Origin: Eledone cirrhosa
Lineage: Eukaryota
Length of the DNA stretch: 64,000 nt
Assembly (NCBI GenBank): GCA_964016885.1
Contig: OZ024745.1
Location: forward strand, 106,950,001 to 107,014,000
Direction: 5' to 3'
In this document: one piece after another, positions 1 through 13,112 of the stretch
Layout of the letters: each line of letters starts with the position of its first letter
Numbering within the stretch: position 1 is the stretch's first letter
Notes under the pieces: model-generated
The model's input: the letters and a program-made list of their open reading frames with translations, nothing else
What the model was told of the DNA's origin: nothing
Database searches by the model: none
Position numbers and translations under genes: made by a program

Positions 1-805
1 TTAAGAGAAAATGAGTTTAACATTTTATTTAGTCACAAGGTGGCTAAAAATCCCCCAAAACTGTCACGTCAGTCTTAAGGTATGCATATCATTGTCCATG
101 ACCCTACACAAGAATGCAATGTGTATCTGAATCCTGTACGTATTTATGTGTTACACAAATAGCAAAATGTTGGCCAAAAAGATTATAACGTTTATACCAC
201 ACACACACACAAACGCACGTACACAAACTCACTTACACAAACTCACATACACAAACTCACTTACACAAACTCACATACGAGTGTATATGTGTCTATGGTT
301 TGTGTAGGCCTCCAGGACGTTTCTATGTAATAAATTTCATTTACTTCATATTGCTTAAACGCAAATTATGGTAGAAGACACTTGCCTAAGTTGCCTCAGA
401 GAGGAATAGAAGTTGAATCCATGGAGTTGTGAACTCCTTAACTACACAAGCATGTCGACACATATGTTACTCATAGACCTGGAGAAATAACATCAAACAC
501 GCACACATATCTACACATACATATTCTCATGATAAATACTATGAACTAACGAAGGCGAGTCTATGTTGTCTCTCGACCTTTGGAAATAGTAGCCACATAT
601 CTTCCAAATAATATTCCATTGACTTAGAAAAAGAGGTATAAACCTGATAATGTTTATTTAAAAAAAGACCGGATGGTTATATCATTTCAGCATAATTCTG
701 TTCTATCAAGTATGATGGAGAGCTGAACAACAACAACAACAACAACAACAACAAACGTATATACACGCAGTCCTATATTTATCCATCTATCTTTCTCCCC
801 CCCCC

Positions 806-838
<33 letters not shown>

Positions 839-933
839 GTGTGTGTGTGTGTATGTATGTATGTATATACTATACATACATTCATGTATACATCGCTATT
901 TCAGAGCACCAATCTTAATATATATATATATAT

Positions 934-1573
934 GGTGGCTGCCAACTCGTTTTCGAGTACGGCCACTACTTTACATCCATGTAGGATAACCCCTACCGAA
1001 GCGCTGAACGAGTGTGACTTTTTAGTCCAGCCAGCGACTTGAAACCTCTGGTACAAACACTACACCTGTGACAATCATTGACACATAGTGCTAGGCCCAT
1101 GGTAGGACAATTATTGACACATAGTGCTGGGCCCATGTGAGGACAAGTGCAGAGAGATCTCCAGATATAAAGCAATGCCTGTGCCGTGAAGCTTTTATAG
1201 TGAGCAAAGGCACTGCACAAAGCCAGTCCCACTCTCTTAACCAAGATGCTATTTACCAAAAAGAAGAACAAGTCAACATCATTGGATACCATCAGGGTTG
1301 CAGGTGTTATATCAGAGTTTTCCTTCTCCTAGAATTCTGCCTTGACTAAGGCTAAAGGGGTCATCTCTCCCGGTGATTTTGGATGGCCATTGACTCTTAA
1401 GAGCTCCTTTGGCCTTTGACAGGTTTTGTTTTTAGTCCTGCAGGATGTCCAAAGTCACCCTCCTCACCAAGAAACCTTGGTGGGGTTGCCAGTTTAGTCG
1501 CCAACGACCCGACCATGAGACAGGTTGTACTGGGATACATGTTACCAGTAGCACCAACTGGTGACCTGACATA
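934..1573 (-). mobile_element. Internally deleted RTE-like LINE derivative (5' UTR joined to 3' end), copy 1
   Basis: Near-identical copy at 61230-61840 and partial copy at 6601-6873. The minus strand encodes CSVCTRGFKSLAGLKSHTR, resembling the C-terminal C2H2-like motif of RTE-type ORFs. Flanked by (TA)n. Confidence 0.55.
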
Positions 1574-1617
1574 ATATATATATATATATACATACATATA
1601 TACATATATATATATAT

Positions 1618-2194
1618 CGATCGGTAAAGGTAACTATAGTAGGTAAAGTCAATTTTTTAAAATTTATTTTGAAACTTTTTCATTATTTGCTAAACCTTGT
1701 TTATATATGTTCTGGCTCGTTAATTTATTAACCTGCCATTGAACCACATTGGCATTTGATTGGACAATACATGCGTCCCTTAGTGCCTTGTGCGTGAAGG
1801 AACACATATCCTATTATTACTACTCTCCTCTATTGTTGAGAGACAAATTGGGTCGTTTCGACTGCTGCTAGTGATAGTTGCGGCCGGTTTGACCTACCTC
1901 CCTCTGCCTCTAACTTTACTTCGGCCCTTGAAAAAATTGATTCCACTTCATTCACTCTCATCTCGGGAACAGTTTTGGATAGCGCTAGTTCGTAATTTAA
2001 ATTCAAGAATTTTATATTCTTCGAATGAAAAGAACCTTCTGACGAGAATCTTTCTTTGCAACGAAGGCCGTATAGCCTCCGTTTATTTTTGGGATTCGAA
2101 ACCGATCGGTAAAGGTAACTATAGTAGATAAAGTCAATTTTTTTAAAATTTATTTTGAAACTTTTTCATTATTTGCTAAACCTTGTTTATATAT
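1618..2194 (+). mobile_element. HHR-bearing retrozyme/PLE-like unit with ~90-bp terminal direct repeats
   Basis: Direct repeats at 1618-1708 and 2103-2194 (period 485 bp). The left repeat starts within stem III of the HHR. (TA)n on both sides; no credible ORF. Confidence 0.75.
2034..2116 (+). ncRNA. Type I hammerhead ribozyme
   Basis: acctt-CTGACGA-gaatc...gattc-GAAA-ccgatcgg-TA-aaggt. Stems I, II and III pair; GUA cleavage triplet at 2109-2111. Confidence 0.85.
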
Positions 2195-2286
2195 ATATAT
2201 ATATATATAAATGAGAGGAACAAGTAATCATCAAACAATTTTTTAAATAAATTAAAAAACGATTTAAATATTCACCTGTTCTATTG

Positions 2287-2364
2287 CCGTTACCGACGGT
2301 TTCACTAATCAAAAGATTGGAAATTCAGAGAATTTCCAATGGAAAGAATTAGATCTTCAGACGG
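2287..2364 (-). ncRNA. Type I hammerhead ribozyme in element fragment 2208-2380
   Basis: Reverse complement reads ccgt-CTGAAGA-tctaat...attagt-GAAA-ccgtcgg-TA-acgg. The downstream tail resembles that of the 5603 element. Confidence 0.8.
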
Positions 2365-2410
2365 TTATTTCCGTACTATATGCATATAAAGCCTCTCCTC
2401 TCTCTCCCTC

Positions 2411-2445
<35 letters not shown>

Positions 2446-2475
2446 CTCTCTCTCTCTCTATCTCTCTCTCTCTCT

Positions 2476-2539
<64 letters not shown>

Positions 2540-2614
2540 GCTCTTTGATATGTGTTTTGATATATTTAATTCTTCACAGTACAATCTTAATATATATATA
2601 TATATATTGTGTGT

Positions 2615-2688
2615 GTGTGTCCAAAAAGATATACACACTCTGTTTAGAATGCTGCCGGTGTGTGTATACATGTTTAGGGACACCCTGT
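2615..2688. mobile_element. ~80-bp Tc1/mariner-like MITE (related copy 41122-41206)
   Basis: Inverted ends gtgtccaaaaagatatacac / gtgtatacatgtttagggacaccctg-TA. Confidence 0.5.
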
Positions 2689-2770
2689 ATATATATATAT
2701 ATATTAGCCATTTTTTAATGTATTTTTGGCGCGATCACTTTGGAAAACTAAATGTCTTATTTTGAGCTCG

Positions 2771-2844
2771 CTCCTGATGATTCCGAAGCTCCGGATATAC
2801 CTTGTTATAGGATGTCTTAAAATACGGATGAAACCATGGTAGAG
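2771..2844 (+). ncRNA. Type I hammerhead ribozyme in TA-flanked element ~2703-3125
   Basis: ctc-CTGATGA-ttccg...cggat-GAAA-ccatgg-TA-gag, with a palindromic minimal stem III. Confidence 0.75.
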
Positions 2845-3211
2845 GTAATTTGATATGTACGCAATTCATCTAAGTTCAATTTTACACCTAATTGTGTTTA
2901 GTTGACTGTATATCTGGTCGATCTTTACATGCTGTCGAAATGTTAGATAAATAATCTATTGTAGCCACTTCGAAGGGGCTGCTTTCGGTTATTTGTCGAA
3001 GATTTCATCATAGGAGCCTTTATTCTTATAGCTTGGTCTAATTGATTTTTTATATGGTTAGTTATACTAATTGGGAGAGGAAATGTTATATATTATATCT
3101 AGTGATTCTAAAGACATATTTTATGATATATATATATATATATATAAATATATAAAGACTGTGCTGTGCTGACGAATTAAATATACCAAAACACACACAC
3201 ACAGACACACT

Positions 3212-3248
<37 letters not shown>

Positions 3249-3711
3249 TCTTTTACTTTTTTTCTTGTTTAATTCATTAGACTGCGGCCGAGCTGGTGTA
3301 TCATCTTGTTATATATGATTCACTTGACACCAGTAATTTTTATCGAACCGCAAAATTACGAGACATGTACATGCCCCCACCCACCCACACCCACACCCAC
3401 CCCACACATACACATACACACACACACATACGCACATACACATTGATTCACACATATGAACTATAACTAGCATATGGTGGGTTCTGTCACATGAGCTGAA
3501 AAACTTCAATCAAATAAGATTATCCAAGCAATTACTCGGATAATCTTTGCTGATCAAAGCTTTTCAACTCACTATATTACAAATGTCAGTCTCTGCCGTG
3601 TGTGTATTTAGTATGCAGAACGTTCTCTTGGGGTATTCTACCTCAATGATATTCTACCACACCACGTCATTCACAGACACACAGCAGCCTTAAAATGGCA
3701 ATTGTCCCCTT

Positions 3712-3802
<91 letters not shown>

Positions 3803-4456
3803 GTATATACATGTATGTGTGTTTGTGTGTATATATATATATATATGTAATCACTCGTTCTGTCTCTCTCCATTTCCGCCCGTCTTCATTTTTCCCGTAA
3901 ACAAACACATATACACGCACACATACATAGACGCACATAAACACATGCTCACATATGCATACACTCACATAGGGACACCGTTTCACACCAGCCATCCAGC
4001 AAGCAAACAATGTATTAAATAGTACATCACGTTACAGTCACATTTTTACACTGTTAAATACCACTTCACTTTATATACCAGCATTCTTAGAACTCCAAAT
4101 TTCTCTAACACACACATACATCCCACACATAACATATACACAGAAATGCAACACATGCACACCTCTATGTGGTCGCTACACTTGACAAAATTAGCTGCCA
4201 CATCTCATTTAAATTACACCCTTAAAACGAAAATGAAGGAGACACTGAATAATGTAGTCCTAGATATATTGTGTCTGAAAAACAGATAGAGTGGATGGTT
4301 TTTGTTGGAATAATTATAATCATATGTCTGCTTAATGAAAACTGAGTTGAGGCAGAGCAACAATAAGTGATATACAACTACATTCTTACTACACTACATT
4401 TGATAATATAGAACAAGGGCTCTTGTAATATACACAAAACATTACATTATCATCGA

Positions 4457-4640
4457 GTGGATTGGCAGTATTGGTAGAGGGTCGGACGCCATGCTTTGAC
4501 GCATAGAGCTACGGCCCTTGCCATTCTGAGTTCAAATCCCGCCGAGGTTAACTTTGCCTTTCATCCTTACGGGGTCGATAAAATAAAGTACCAGTAATAC
4601 ACTGAGAAATTGCTGGCCTTGTGCCTAACGTAGAAATAAT
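4457..4640 (+). mobile_element. tRNA-derived SINE (octopod-type); representative of >25 copies
   Basis: A-box-like tggcagtattggta, B-box gagttcaaatccc, body ttgcctttcatccttacggggtcgataaaataaagtaccagt. Other copies near 7178-7570, 9400-9560, 10452, 20350, 21078, 34020, 35320, 37628, 39850-40240, 46075, 56645 and 62860. Confidence 0.85.
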
Positions 4641-4984
4641 TATCATCGAGTCTCACAAAACACACTGAAGAGGCAAAGCTGTTTTTAATGATAAATATAT
4701 TTGACAAATCATTGTTAAACACATATACAATTCTCCCTACCATTTATCATTTAGAACTGTGTTCTCCATAATTCATCGAATGGCAGAAAGTTTTAATATT
4801 GGCGTGACCTTGATCAACACCATAGATGACATCAGCTCTAATCGGTACAGGTCAATGGCTTACTAACTACTATTACTCCAAGAACTAATTATGGGGTTTT
4901 TGATTTGCTACAGATAGCAGCTAAACCTTTTTTTTTTCTTTCATATCTCCTCCCACTCTCTTTAAAGAATAATGTCATGATAGC

Positions 4985-5149
4985 CAGTGCCGGATTTACC
5001 ATTGTGCTTAGGTTTGCTTAAGCACATGGCCCCGTTGGTCAAGGGGGCCCTCTTCCTGCCAAAATATTGTCTTACCTCCTTCAGGGACCAAGTAAGGGGC
5101 CTCACAACTTAACTAACACAAGGCCACAATTGTCCTAAATCCGGCAATG
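4985..5149. mobile_element. hAT-type MITE
   Basis: TIRs cagtgccggattta / taaatccggcaatg; 8-bp TSD atgatagc / atgatggc. Confidence 0.8.
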
Positions 5150-5602
5150 ATGATGGCTAATGTAATCCTAGGTACACTACGACAATCAAAAACGTTGGTC
5201 ATAACTACAACATCTTTGATTATAGATCTGTACGATTCCGGCTGACCTATGTTAAACAACAAAAATAACCAAAATTTCACCATTCTGTTACAGTTTTATT
5301 TTAATTTAGGTAAAAATCTATCATATTTGCCTTCTTTTTAATTAGTGCAATAAATTTAAATATATATTACAAGGGCGGTGCCCCAGCATGGCCTCAGCCG
5401 GATGGTTGGAACTGGTAAAAGAGTAAAATAGTATTAATTTTCTGTAATACTGGCTATCTCCAATCTTTCGAATCTTTCCTTCCTGGCTGTAGCTTGGGTT
5501 ATCTGCATGATTAATAATCTTAATACCTTGAGCTTTCAAACATCTTGTTTAATAGAAATAAGTGATGTTCTCCATTTAAAAACTTTATGTATATATATAT
5601 AT

Positions 5603-6255
5603 GGAAAATGCTCTCTGATGAACTTCACTTTTCCATTGGTGGTCCCTGGATTTCTAATGTTTTGTGAAGCGAAACCGTTCGGTAAAAGCACTGGAGTGAG
5701 TAAATATTTAAATTATATTTTTTAATTTATTTAAAAAAAATTGTTTGAATTTTGCTTGTTCTGCTTATTTCAATATTATAGTTCTGGTATGTCAAAGTAA
5801 TACCATTGAACAATCCTGTATCATAGACAACCTATATATTTCCAGGGGTACTTAGTACCCGTGGGCATATTAACTTCATTTAATATTCTCCGTTATGTAG
5901 AGAACAAATCTGTTGTTCTATTTGGCTGCTATTTTTAGTGGCGATGTAGACAACACGTCTATGTTTACTTCTGCTTTTGCTACGGACTGGTTCAAGTATA
6001 GGTCAAATTTTGGCCTCATTCCGTCCTGTACTAGCTAGCAGATGGCAATATATTTTGCCGTTCCTGGGACTTTTTGTCCTAGGAAAGGAAAATGCTCTCT
6101 GATGAACTTCACTTTTCCATTGGTGGTCCTTGGATTTCTAATGTTTTGTGAAGCGAAACCGTTCGGTAAAAGCACTGGAGTGGGTAAATATTTAAATTAT
6201 ATTTTTTAATTTATTTAAAAAAAAATTGTTTGAATTTTGCTTGTTCTGCTTATTT

Positions 6256-6261
<6 letters not shown>
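5603..6261 (+). mobile_element. Retrozyme-like element: two ~174-bp direct repeats, each with an HHR
   Basis: Repeats at 5603-5776 and 6087-6261 (period 484 bp). HHRs at 5609-5690 and 6093-6174: tgctct-CTGATGA-acttcac...gtgaagc-GAAA-ccgttcgg-TA-aaagca. (TA)n flanks. Confidence 0.85.
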
Positions 6262-6353
<92 letters not shown>

Positions 6354-6556
6354 ATGTATGTATGTATGTATGTATGTATGTATTATGTATGTATTAATGT
6401 AAGGCCTTTACCCACTTAAAAAACCTTCAAAGCACAGGCATTGCTTGTTCAGGATCTGTTACAGGTTCGTGTGGCTGGCCGTAAACTAAAAGTGCACTAG
6501 TTTCTATAATCTGACAAGTGATTGCAATACTCTTAGCAGAGTAGGCAGCCATCATG

Positions 6557-6600
<44 letters not shown>

Positions 6601-6603
<3 letters not shown>

Positions 6604-6873
6604 TGGGACTGGCTTTGTGCAGTGCCTTTGCTCACTATAAAAGCTTCACAGCACAGGCATTGCTTTATATCTGGAGATCTCTCTGCACTTGTCGTCACAT
6701 GGTACCATGGGCCCAGCACTATGTGTCAATAATTGTCACAAGTGTAGTGTTTGTACCAGAGTTTTCAAGTCGCTGGCTGGACTAAAAAGTCACACTCGTT
6801 CAGCCCATCGGTAGGGGTTCTCCTACATGGATATAAAGTAGTGGCCGTACTCGAAAACGAGTTGGCAGCCACC
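6601..6873 (+). mobile_element. 3' part of RTE-like derivative (same family as 934-1573)
   Basis: Reverse-complement match to roughly 934-1235. Confidence 0.6.
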
Positions 6874-6896
6874 ATATATATATATATATATATATA

Positions 6897-7008
6897 TAAC
6901 GAAGGAGTTGTGGTAAAGAACCAGATGGACCATAACGCACCAGAGTAGTAGTCCAGAAATAGCCATCGAAACGCTTGAGCTCTGCCGGCGGATTCATACT
7001 TTCTCCTA
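6897..7008. mobile_element. Family F HHR-end fragment, rearranged with an inversion
   Basis: aacgaaggagttgtggt tail joined to tccagaaatagccatcGAAAcgcttgagc; homologous to 18297, 43019 and 55914. Confidence 0.65.
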
Positions 7009-7600
7009 TATATATATATATATATATATGCTTGTAAATGCAGATGAGAGACTACTAGTTATGACTAGTAAATCCATTATTCAACTTAGTATTCCAACGC
7101 AGATGTTAGATATTTTTATAGACTAGGATGCCCTACGTTGAAGCTGAAGCAGTTTTGATAGCCAAACCCTATAATAATTGTTTCTACTTGTGGCACAAGG
7201 CCAGCAATTATCCTAGTGTACTACTGATACTTTATTTTATCGACCCCGTAAGGATGAAAGGCAAAATTAACCTCAGCGGGATTTGAACTCAGAATGGCAA
7301 GGGCCGTAACTCTATGCGTCAAAGCATGGCGTCCGACCCTCTACCTATACTGCCAATCCACCATCTACTAATAATTGTTTCTACTTTTGGCTCAATCACA
7401 GCAATTACCCACCAGTGTATTACTGGTACTTTATTTTATCGACCCTTTAAGGATGAAAGGCAATGTTAACCTCTGTGGGATTTGAACGCAGACCATAAAG
7501 GGCCGTAACACTTTGCTGTAAAGCATGGCGTCAGACCCTCTACCGATACTGCTAATCTACCACCATCCTATAATAATATATATTAAATATATAAATGTGT

Positions 7601-7993
7601 GCAAACCGCATCAGACCCTTTACAAGTACACCTGTACACCACACAAAGATTTTTTACAGTACGAGCATATTTTATCTTTGTAATATAACATTTAAAAAAT
7701 TAGTTGTAATGTGTGCAATTAGTTGTCATGTGTGGCCCTCAGACAACACATATGTGACCCATGTGGTCCTCGGGGGACCCTCAGTTTGACATGTCTGATT
7801 AAGACCATCACTATCAACAATTTCAACATTACTAACAACATCATTAACTTCTCTAGATCTTCAGTTTACATATATATATGTGTATAAATCTATGTGTGCA
7901 TATATTCGTATGTGCGCCACTGCATATCAACATGTATATATATATATATATAGAGAATGTTTGTATATATATATTCCTGAGTGCGTGTTACTG

Positions 7994-7998
<5 letters not shown>
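7601..7998. repeat. ~400-bp segment duplicated in inverted orientation at 19047-19442; includes a hAT-like MITE end
   Basis: Direct comparison of the two segments; TIR-like cagacatgtcaaact. Confidence 0.8.
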
Positions 7999-8025
<27 letters not shown>

Positions 8026-8037
8026 TGTATGTATGTA

Positions 8038-8093
<56 letters not shown>

Positions 8094-8105
8094 GTGTATT
8101 GTGTG

Positions 8106-8161
<56 letters not shown>

Positions 8162-8566
8162 ACAAAGCCTCAAACTGTACGTCTATCTTATTTTGATTAC
8201 GTTTACAGTTAAGAGGTGACGGCATGTGAAGGAAGCAAATTTTCAGAGTTCCCCGTGTACTTATTAAGTTAACAGTTTAACATTACACACCTGGGTTTCA
8301 ATGTTACCTCTGCTACACCTGATCACTGTCATTTTAAGAAAGAAGGAAATGATAATATTGTCAGTTGACATATGTATATTGTTGAAAAGATGTCTTCTTT
8401 TTTTCTTCTTCCGTCCTTCATATTTAAATCTATCACTTTTAATATAATTATGTTTATTTTTTCTTCGTTTTGTACGTATCAAGTGAAAATCAACGCATAG
8501 ATAATTTGGTTGCTCTCTCTCTCTCTCTCTCTCTCCCCCTCTCTCTCTCTCTCTCTCTATCTCTCT

Positions 8567-8622
<56 letters not shown>

Positions 8623-8623
<1 letters not shown>

Positions 8624-8765
8624 GTTATTCTGGGTTGAATCGGAAGTAACCACAGTAAGTAAGGTACTCAATACATTGCAGAGTATAAAAGTTTTAATAT
8701 AGATGAGATTCTACAGGACTAGAACTGTTTCATTCTTTAGAAATCATCAGGAATCTCCTGATGAT
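8623..8765 (-). mobile_element. Family E HHR mini-element (HHR at 8705-8757)
   Basis: Reverse complement reads gagattc-CTGATGA-tttctaaagaat-GAAA-cagttctagtcctg-TA-gaatctc (7-bp stem I). A short fold-back ctgatgattt follows. Confidence 0.85.
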
Positions 8766-8786
8766 TTATTTTATCTCATATATATA

Positions 8787-9013
8787 ACAAAATGGCGTAG
8801 GACAGAACAAAGGAGAGGCACAGAAACAAAGAGAGGAATCCCCAGTCACTGAAGAGGTCACAGAGTGTGTGACGAAAGAACTATGACAATATATAAACAA
8901 CTATCTGGTTGTGGAACCAACCAACCAGAAATTTATAAATTTACTATAATAAATTGAAGTGAAAGCAACTGGTGCGTGTGTTTCTTATTGGCAACATGAC
9001 CCTCCCAAAGTAT

Positions 9014-9019
<6 letters not shown>
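8787..9019 (+). mobile_element. Family C HHR mini-element (HHR at 8845-8887)
   Basis: gtca-CTGAAGA-ggtcac...gtgac-GAAA-gaac-TA-tgac; ends aagtataacaa into (TA)n. Confidence 0.8.
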
Positions 9020-9066
<47 letters not shown>

Positions 9067-9067
9067 T

Positions 9068-9156
9068 GGATTCGCAATCGTGATGTTGTGAGTTCGATTC
9101 CTGGACCAGGTGATGCATTATGTCTTTGAGCAAGACACTTTATTTCACGTTGCTCC
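9068..9156 (+). mobile_element. tRNA-derived SINE head fragment (second family; related copy ~16960-17052 on minus)
   Basis: B-box gagttcgattcc followed by tgtctttgagcaagacacttt. Confidence 0.55.
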
Positions 9157-10069
9157 TTCTACCCGGAGTTGCGACCGATAGATAGTATAAGGAATTGGAA
9201 AGACCAACGGGGACATTGTTTCCTCGGTCCGATTTGACGAAAGTCGATCGACTGTCGATATATATATATTGGCAACAGGAAAATGGCCAAGGTCATTGGT
9301 CATCGAAATAATGTATGCAGTTTCGAACTCTATCGACGGTACAGCTGGTCCATTTGGGGTACTAGAATTGTTTTCTATATATATACTAACACATACCTAA
9401 TTGTTTCTACTTTAGGCACAAGGCCAGCAATTACCCAGTGCATTATTGGTACTTTATTTTATCGACCCCGGCGGGATTTGAACTCAGATCATAAAGGGAC
9501 ATAACTATGCTGGAAAGCATGGCGTCCGACCCTCTACCGATACTGCCAATCCACCGCCCTAACACATACACAATAAATGTGAATTGTTGTGCGACTGTCC
9601 TCGTGGCTTCGGCAACTAAATGTATTGTGCTTAAGTATTAAAGCAAAATAAACCGAAATAAACTCGTGTCCTCGTGCTTAAGTATTAAAGTAAATAAACC
9701 GAAAAATCAAATACGTAGTTGCAAATTCATACATTTATTTCGTCACGAGAGAAATTTTGCTTTTTAGTTATAGGCAATTCGATACACTGAAAGGGAAATT
9801 CTTAGGTGCAGATCCGTGATATCGCACGGCACACAGAGACTTCGTAATTATTACTAGTTATCTTTATTAAACACTGTCGTTAACTGCATTAAACACCTTA
9901 GCACTACATTCACTAATGAATTTATGTATAGTCGAATAGTTTGCAACTGAAAAGTAAATCGCATTTTTTTTATAATCCCGGTTTAGATTTGATCTTTGAT
10001 CAAAATCATTCTAACCAGGTTCATATATTCTTTTCAGACATATATTATCCACTATGTCTTTTTCTTTCA

Positions 10070-10400
10070 CCGACAGAATATAAGGAAAGGAAGACCAACA
10101 AATAACGGGGATTGTTCAGCCCCTTCCTCTTCGCACCGATCGCCATCGAGGCCTCAGGCGTACTTGGACCCCATACTGCCGAGCTTCTCCGCAAGATCGG
10201 AACGTCAGTAGCCAGTCTGAGGAAAGAGCCCCACGAGGTGGGGTGGCTGTTGCAGCGGGTGTCGCTGGTCATTGTCCGCGGAAATGCTTTTGTCGTCTTG
10301 TCCGCAGAGCGCAGCCCCACCACCACCGAGCCCTAGGCCTAGAGCTCATCACTCTCCTTCTTCTCCCACCATTCTTCTGTGACACTAGAGCCCTTACCCA
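10070..10400 (+). mobile_element. CRE-clade non-LTR retrotransposon 3' fragment
   Basis: FAPIAIEASGVLG...LLQRVSLVIVRGNA, typical of the CRE-like C-terminus following the restriction-like endonuclease. Confidence 0.7.
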
Positions 10401-10896
10401 TCCCTTCATTTTCCGTTTTTAAATATCTGTAGTGTTGTTGTTATTTGAAATAGGTTAACTTTGCCTTTCATCCTTCCGAGGTGAGATAGAATAAAGTACC
10501 AGTAATGCATTTGGTAATTGCTGGCCTTCTGCCAAAAGTAGAAACAGTTATTTGAAATAGATTTCTTTATGATTTTCTTGATTTTAAAACTGTAAATTTC
10601 TTACAAGAAAAATTGACTGTAATATCTATCTGTCTGATTTCAAGATATATTTATTGTCTGATTAAATAAAAACACATTTTTGGGTGTAAAATAGAGAGAT
10701 ATTTGTTATTGTTTCTAGCGTATCTTGCAACCACCTTCCGGACGAGAGTTTTGGGATTTCAACTTTATAAAAACCTTCAATAAATACAAATGCTTGCTTC
10801 TGTTCAAGATTTTGCTTCTTATTTGAACCACACCACAAAAGCCAAAACAGAAACGTAAAAAAAAAAAAAGAAACCCTGACTTTCCAAACACACACA

Positions 10897-10927
<31 letters not shown>

Positions 10928-11405
10928 GCACCCCCCCCCCCCCCACACACACACAGACACACACACGCACACACACAAATGAAAACGCACACACTCTGGT
11001 CCTACTTACTAGCAGCCTTCAGAAGAGAGATATTTATAAATACACCCAGTGACATATGTTGTGAAGAAAAAAGGAGAGGACCACTGATACTGAAGATTTG
11101 TTTGTTTTACTGCTCTGTTGGTGGCGGGTTCAAGCGGTCACTACAGCAGCTTGTATTGCTCTGTTAGCAAAAACTGATTGTTGTTTTTAGCCGAGGAATC
11201 TTGATGAGATAGTTTACAAATAAGACAAGCAACCAAATTGACATTCTCACTTCTTCTATCTTTCTTCCTCTCCGTCTCTCTCTTCTCTCTTTGTTTGTTT
11301 ACTTGTTGCTTTCTTTTCTTTTTTCCTTCTTCCTTTATGTCCTTGTTTTCGTTTTCCTTCTCTCACGATTTTTTTTTCATTTCCTAATTTTTCTCACTAT
11401 CTACT

Positions 11406-11441
<36 letters not shown>

Positions 11442-11821
11442 TTTTCTTTTACTGCCCTTCTTTCATTCTTGTTTCCATTTTTCCTTTCTTTATTGTATAA
11501 ATCCTTCTTTTTGCCATTCTTTCTCCTTTTCCTTTTCCCTTTCTTTCTTTCTTTCTTTCTTTCCTTCTTTTTCTAGTTCCATCAGTTTTTTTTCCCCCAT
11601 CTGTTATGTCTGTTGACGAAATGCTGGCTGTCTGACACACACACACACACACACACACGCGCACACATACACACACGCACACACCCACACAGAGCAAGAC
11701 AGAGAGAGAGAGAGGGAGAGAGAAACACAGACACACAGGCACATATACACACACGCACACAATACACAGACATATACAGGCACACACATACACACACGCA
11801 CGCACCCACACAGAGCAAGAC

Positions 11822-11894
<73 letters not shown>

Positions 11895-11895
11895 A

Positions 11896-11950
<55 letters not shown>

Positions 11951-12350
11951 ACAGACACACAGGCACATATACACACACGCACACAATACACAGACATATA
12001 CAGGCACACACATACACACACGCACAAGCACACGCAAAAGCACACACATAAATCAATGTGTGCGTGCGTGCAGCTGGGTATGTGTAAAGTTACTCAATCC
12101 GATTTTAGCAGAACATGGCATGTATGTGTGTATGTATGTATGTGTATATGCATGTATGTATGTATGTATATGTGTATGTATGTACGAATGGATGCATGCA
12201 TATATCTATGAGGATATATGCATGCATTTATCTATATATGCATGTATGTAACTAATGGTTTTTGTATGAATGTACATATGTATGTAACTATATGTTTATG
12301 CAGTCTCAGCGTAAAACACTTGAATCTCTTGCTGCACCATCACATGCGCT

Positions 12351-12446
<96 letters not shown>

Positions 12447-12584
12447 TGCAAACACATACATACAAACATACATATACATATATATATATACATACATACA
12501 TAAATACATACAAAAATAAATACATACATGCTTACATACATTCATTCATACATACATGCTTACATACATACAAACATACATGCT

Positions 12585-12630
<46 letters not shown>

Positions 12631-12651
12631 TATATATACATACATATATAT

Positions 12652-12693
<42 letters not shown>

Positions 12694-12768
12694 AAAAATT
12701 GAACGGGAACAAAACAGAGAGGCAGTACGAACAAAGGCTTATTAGTTTCACGCTCTTGAGAGTGGGGT

Positions 12769-12836
<68 letters not shown>

Positions 12837-13112
12837 TAGATAGATATATGCATACATACATATAGAAACGCGCAATCCCACGCACACTCATGTGCATCAG
12901 TACATTCTCACACAATCGTAAACACACATACAAGATGACTTAAAAAAATGAACATGTAAAATGACACAGACACATAAGATACGTATAAAAGAGATACAGC
13001 AGTTGTATATACACCACACTGAATAAACACCAGTTTTCCAGTGAACGAGGGAAACTCGTTGATTCAGTTTAAGTCTACGATGTCTCATATGAATATTAAA
13101 TGGACTAATATT

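Noticed and set aside
10990-11230. Possible promoter or first exon with TATA-like tatttataaata
   Set aside because: Such motifs are ubiquitous in this AT-rich DNA; no supporting ORF.
11449-12887. Many 80-210 aa ORFs rich in YI, CV, HT and RE dipeptides (also throughout the window)
   Set aside because: Translations of dinucleotide microsatellites.
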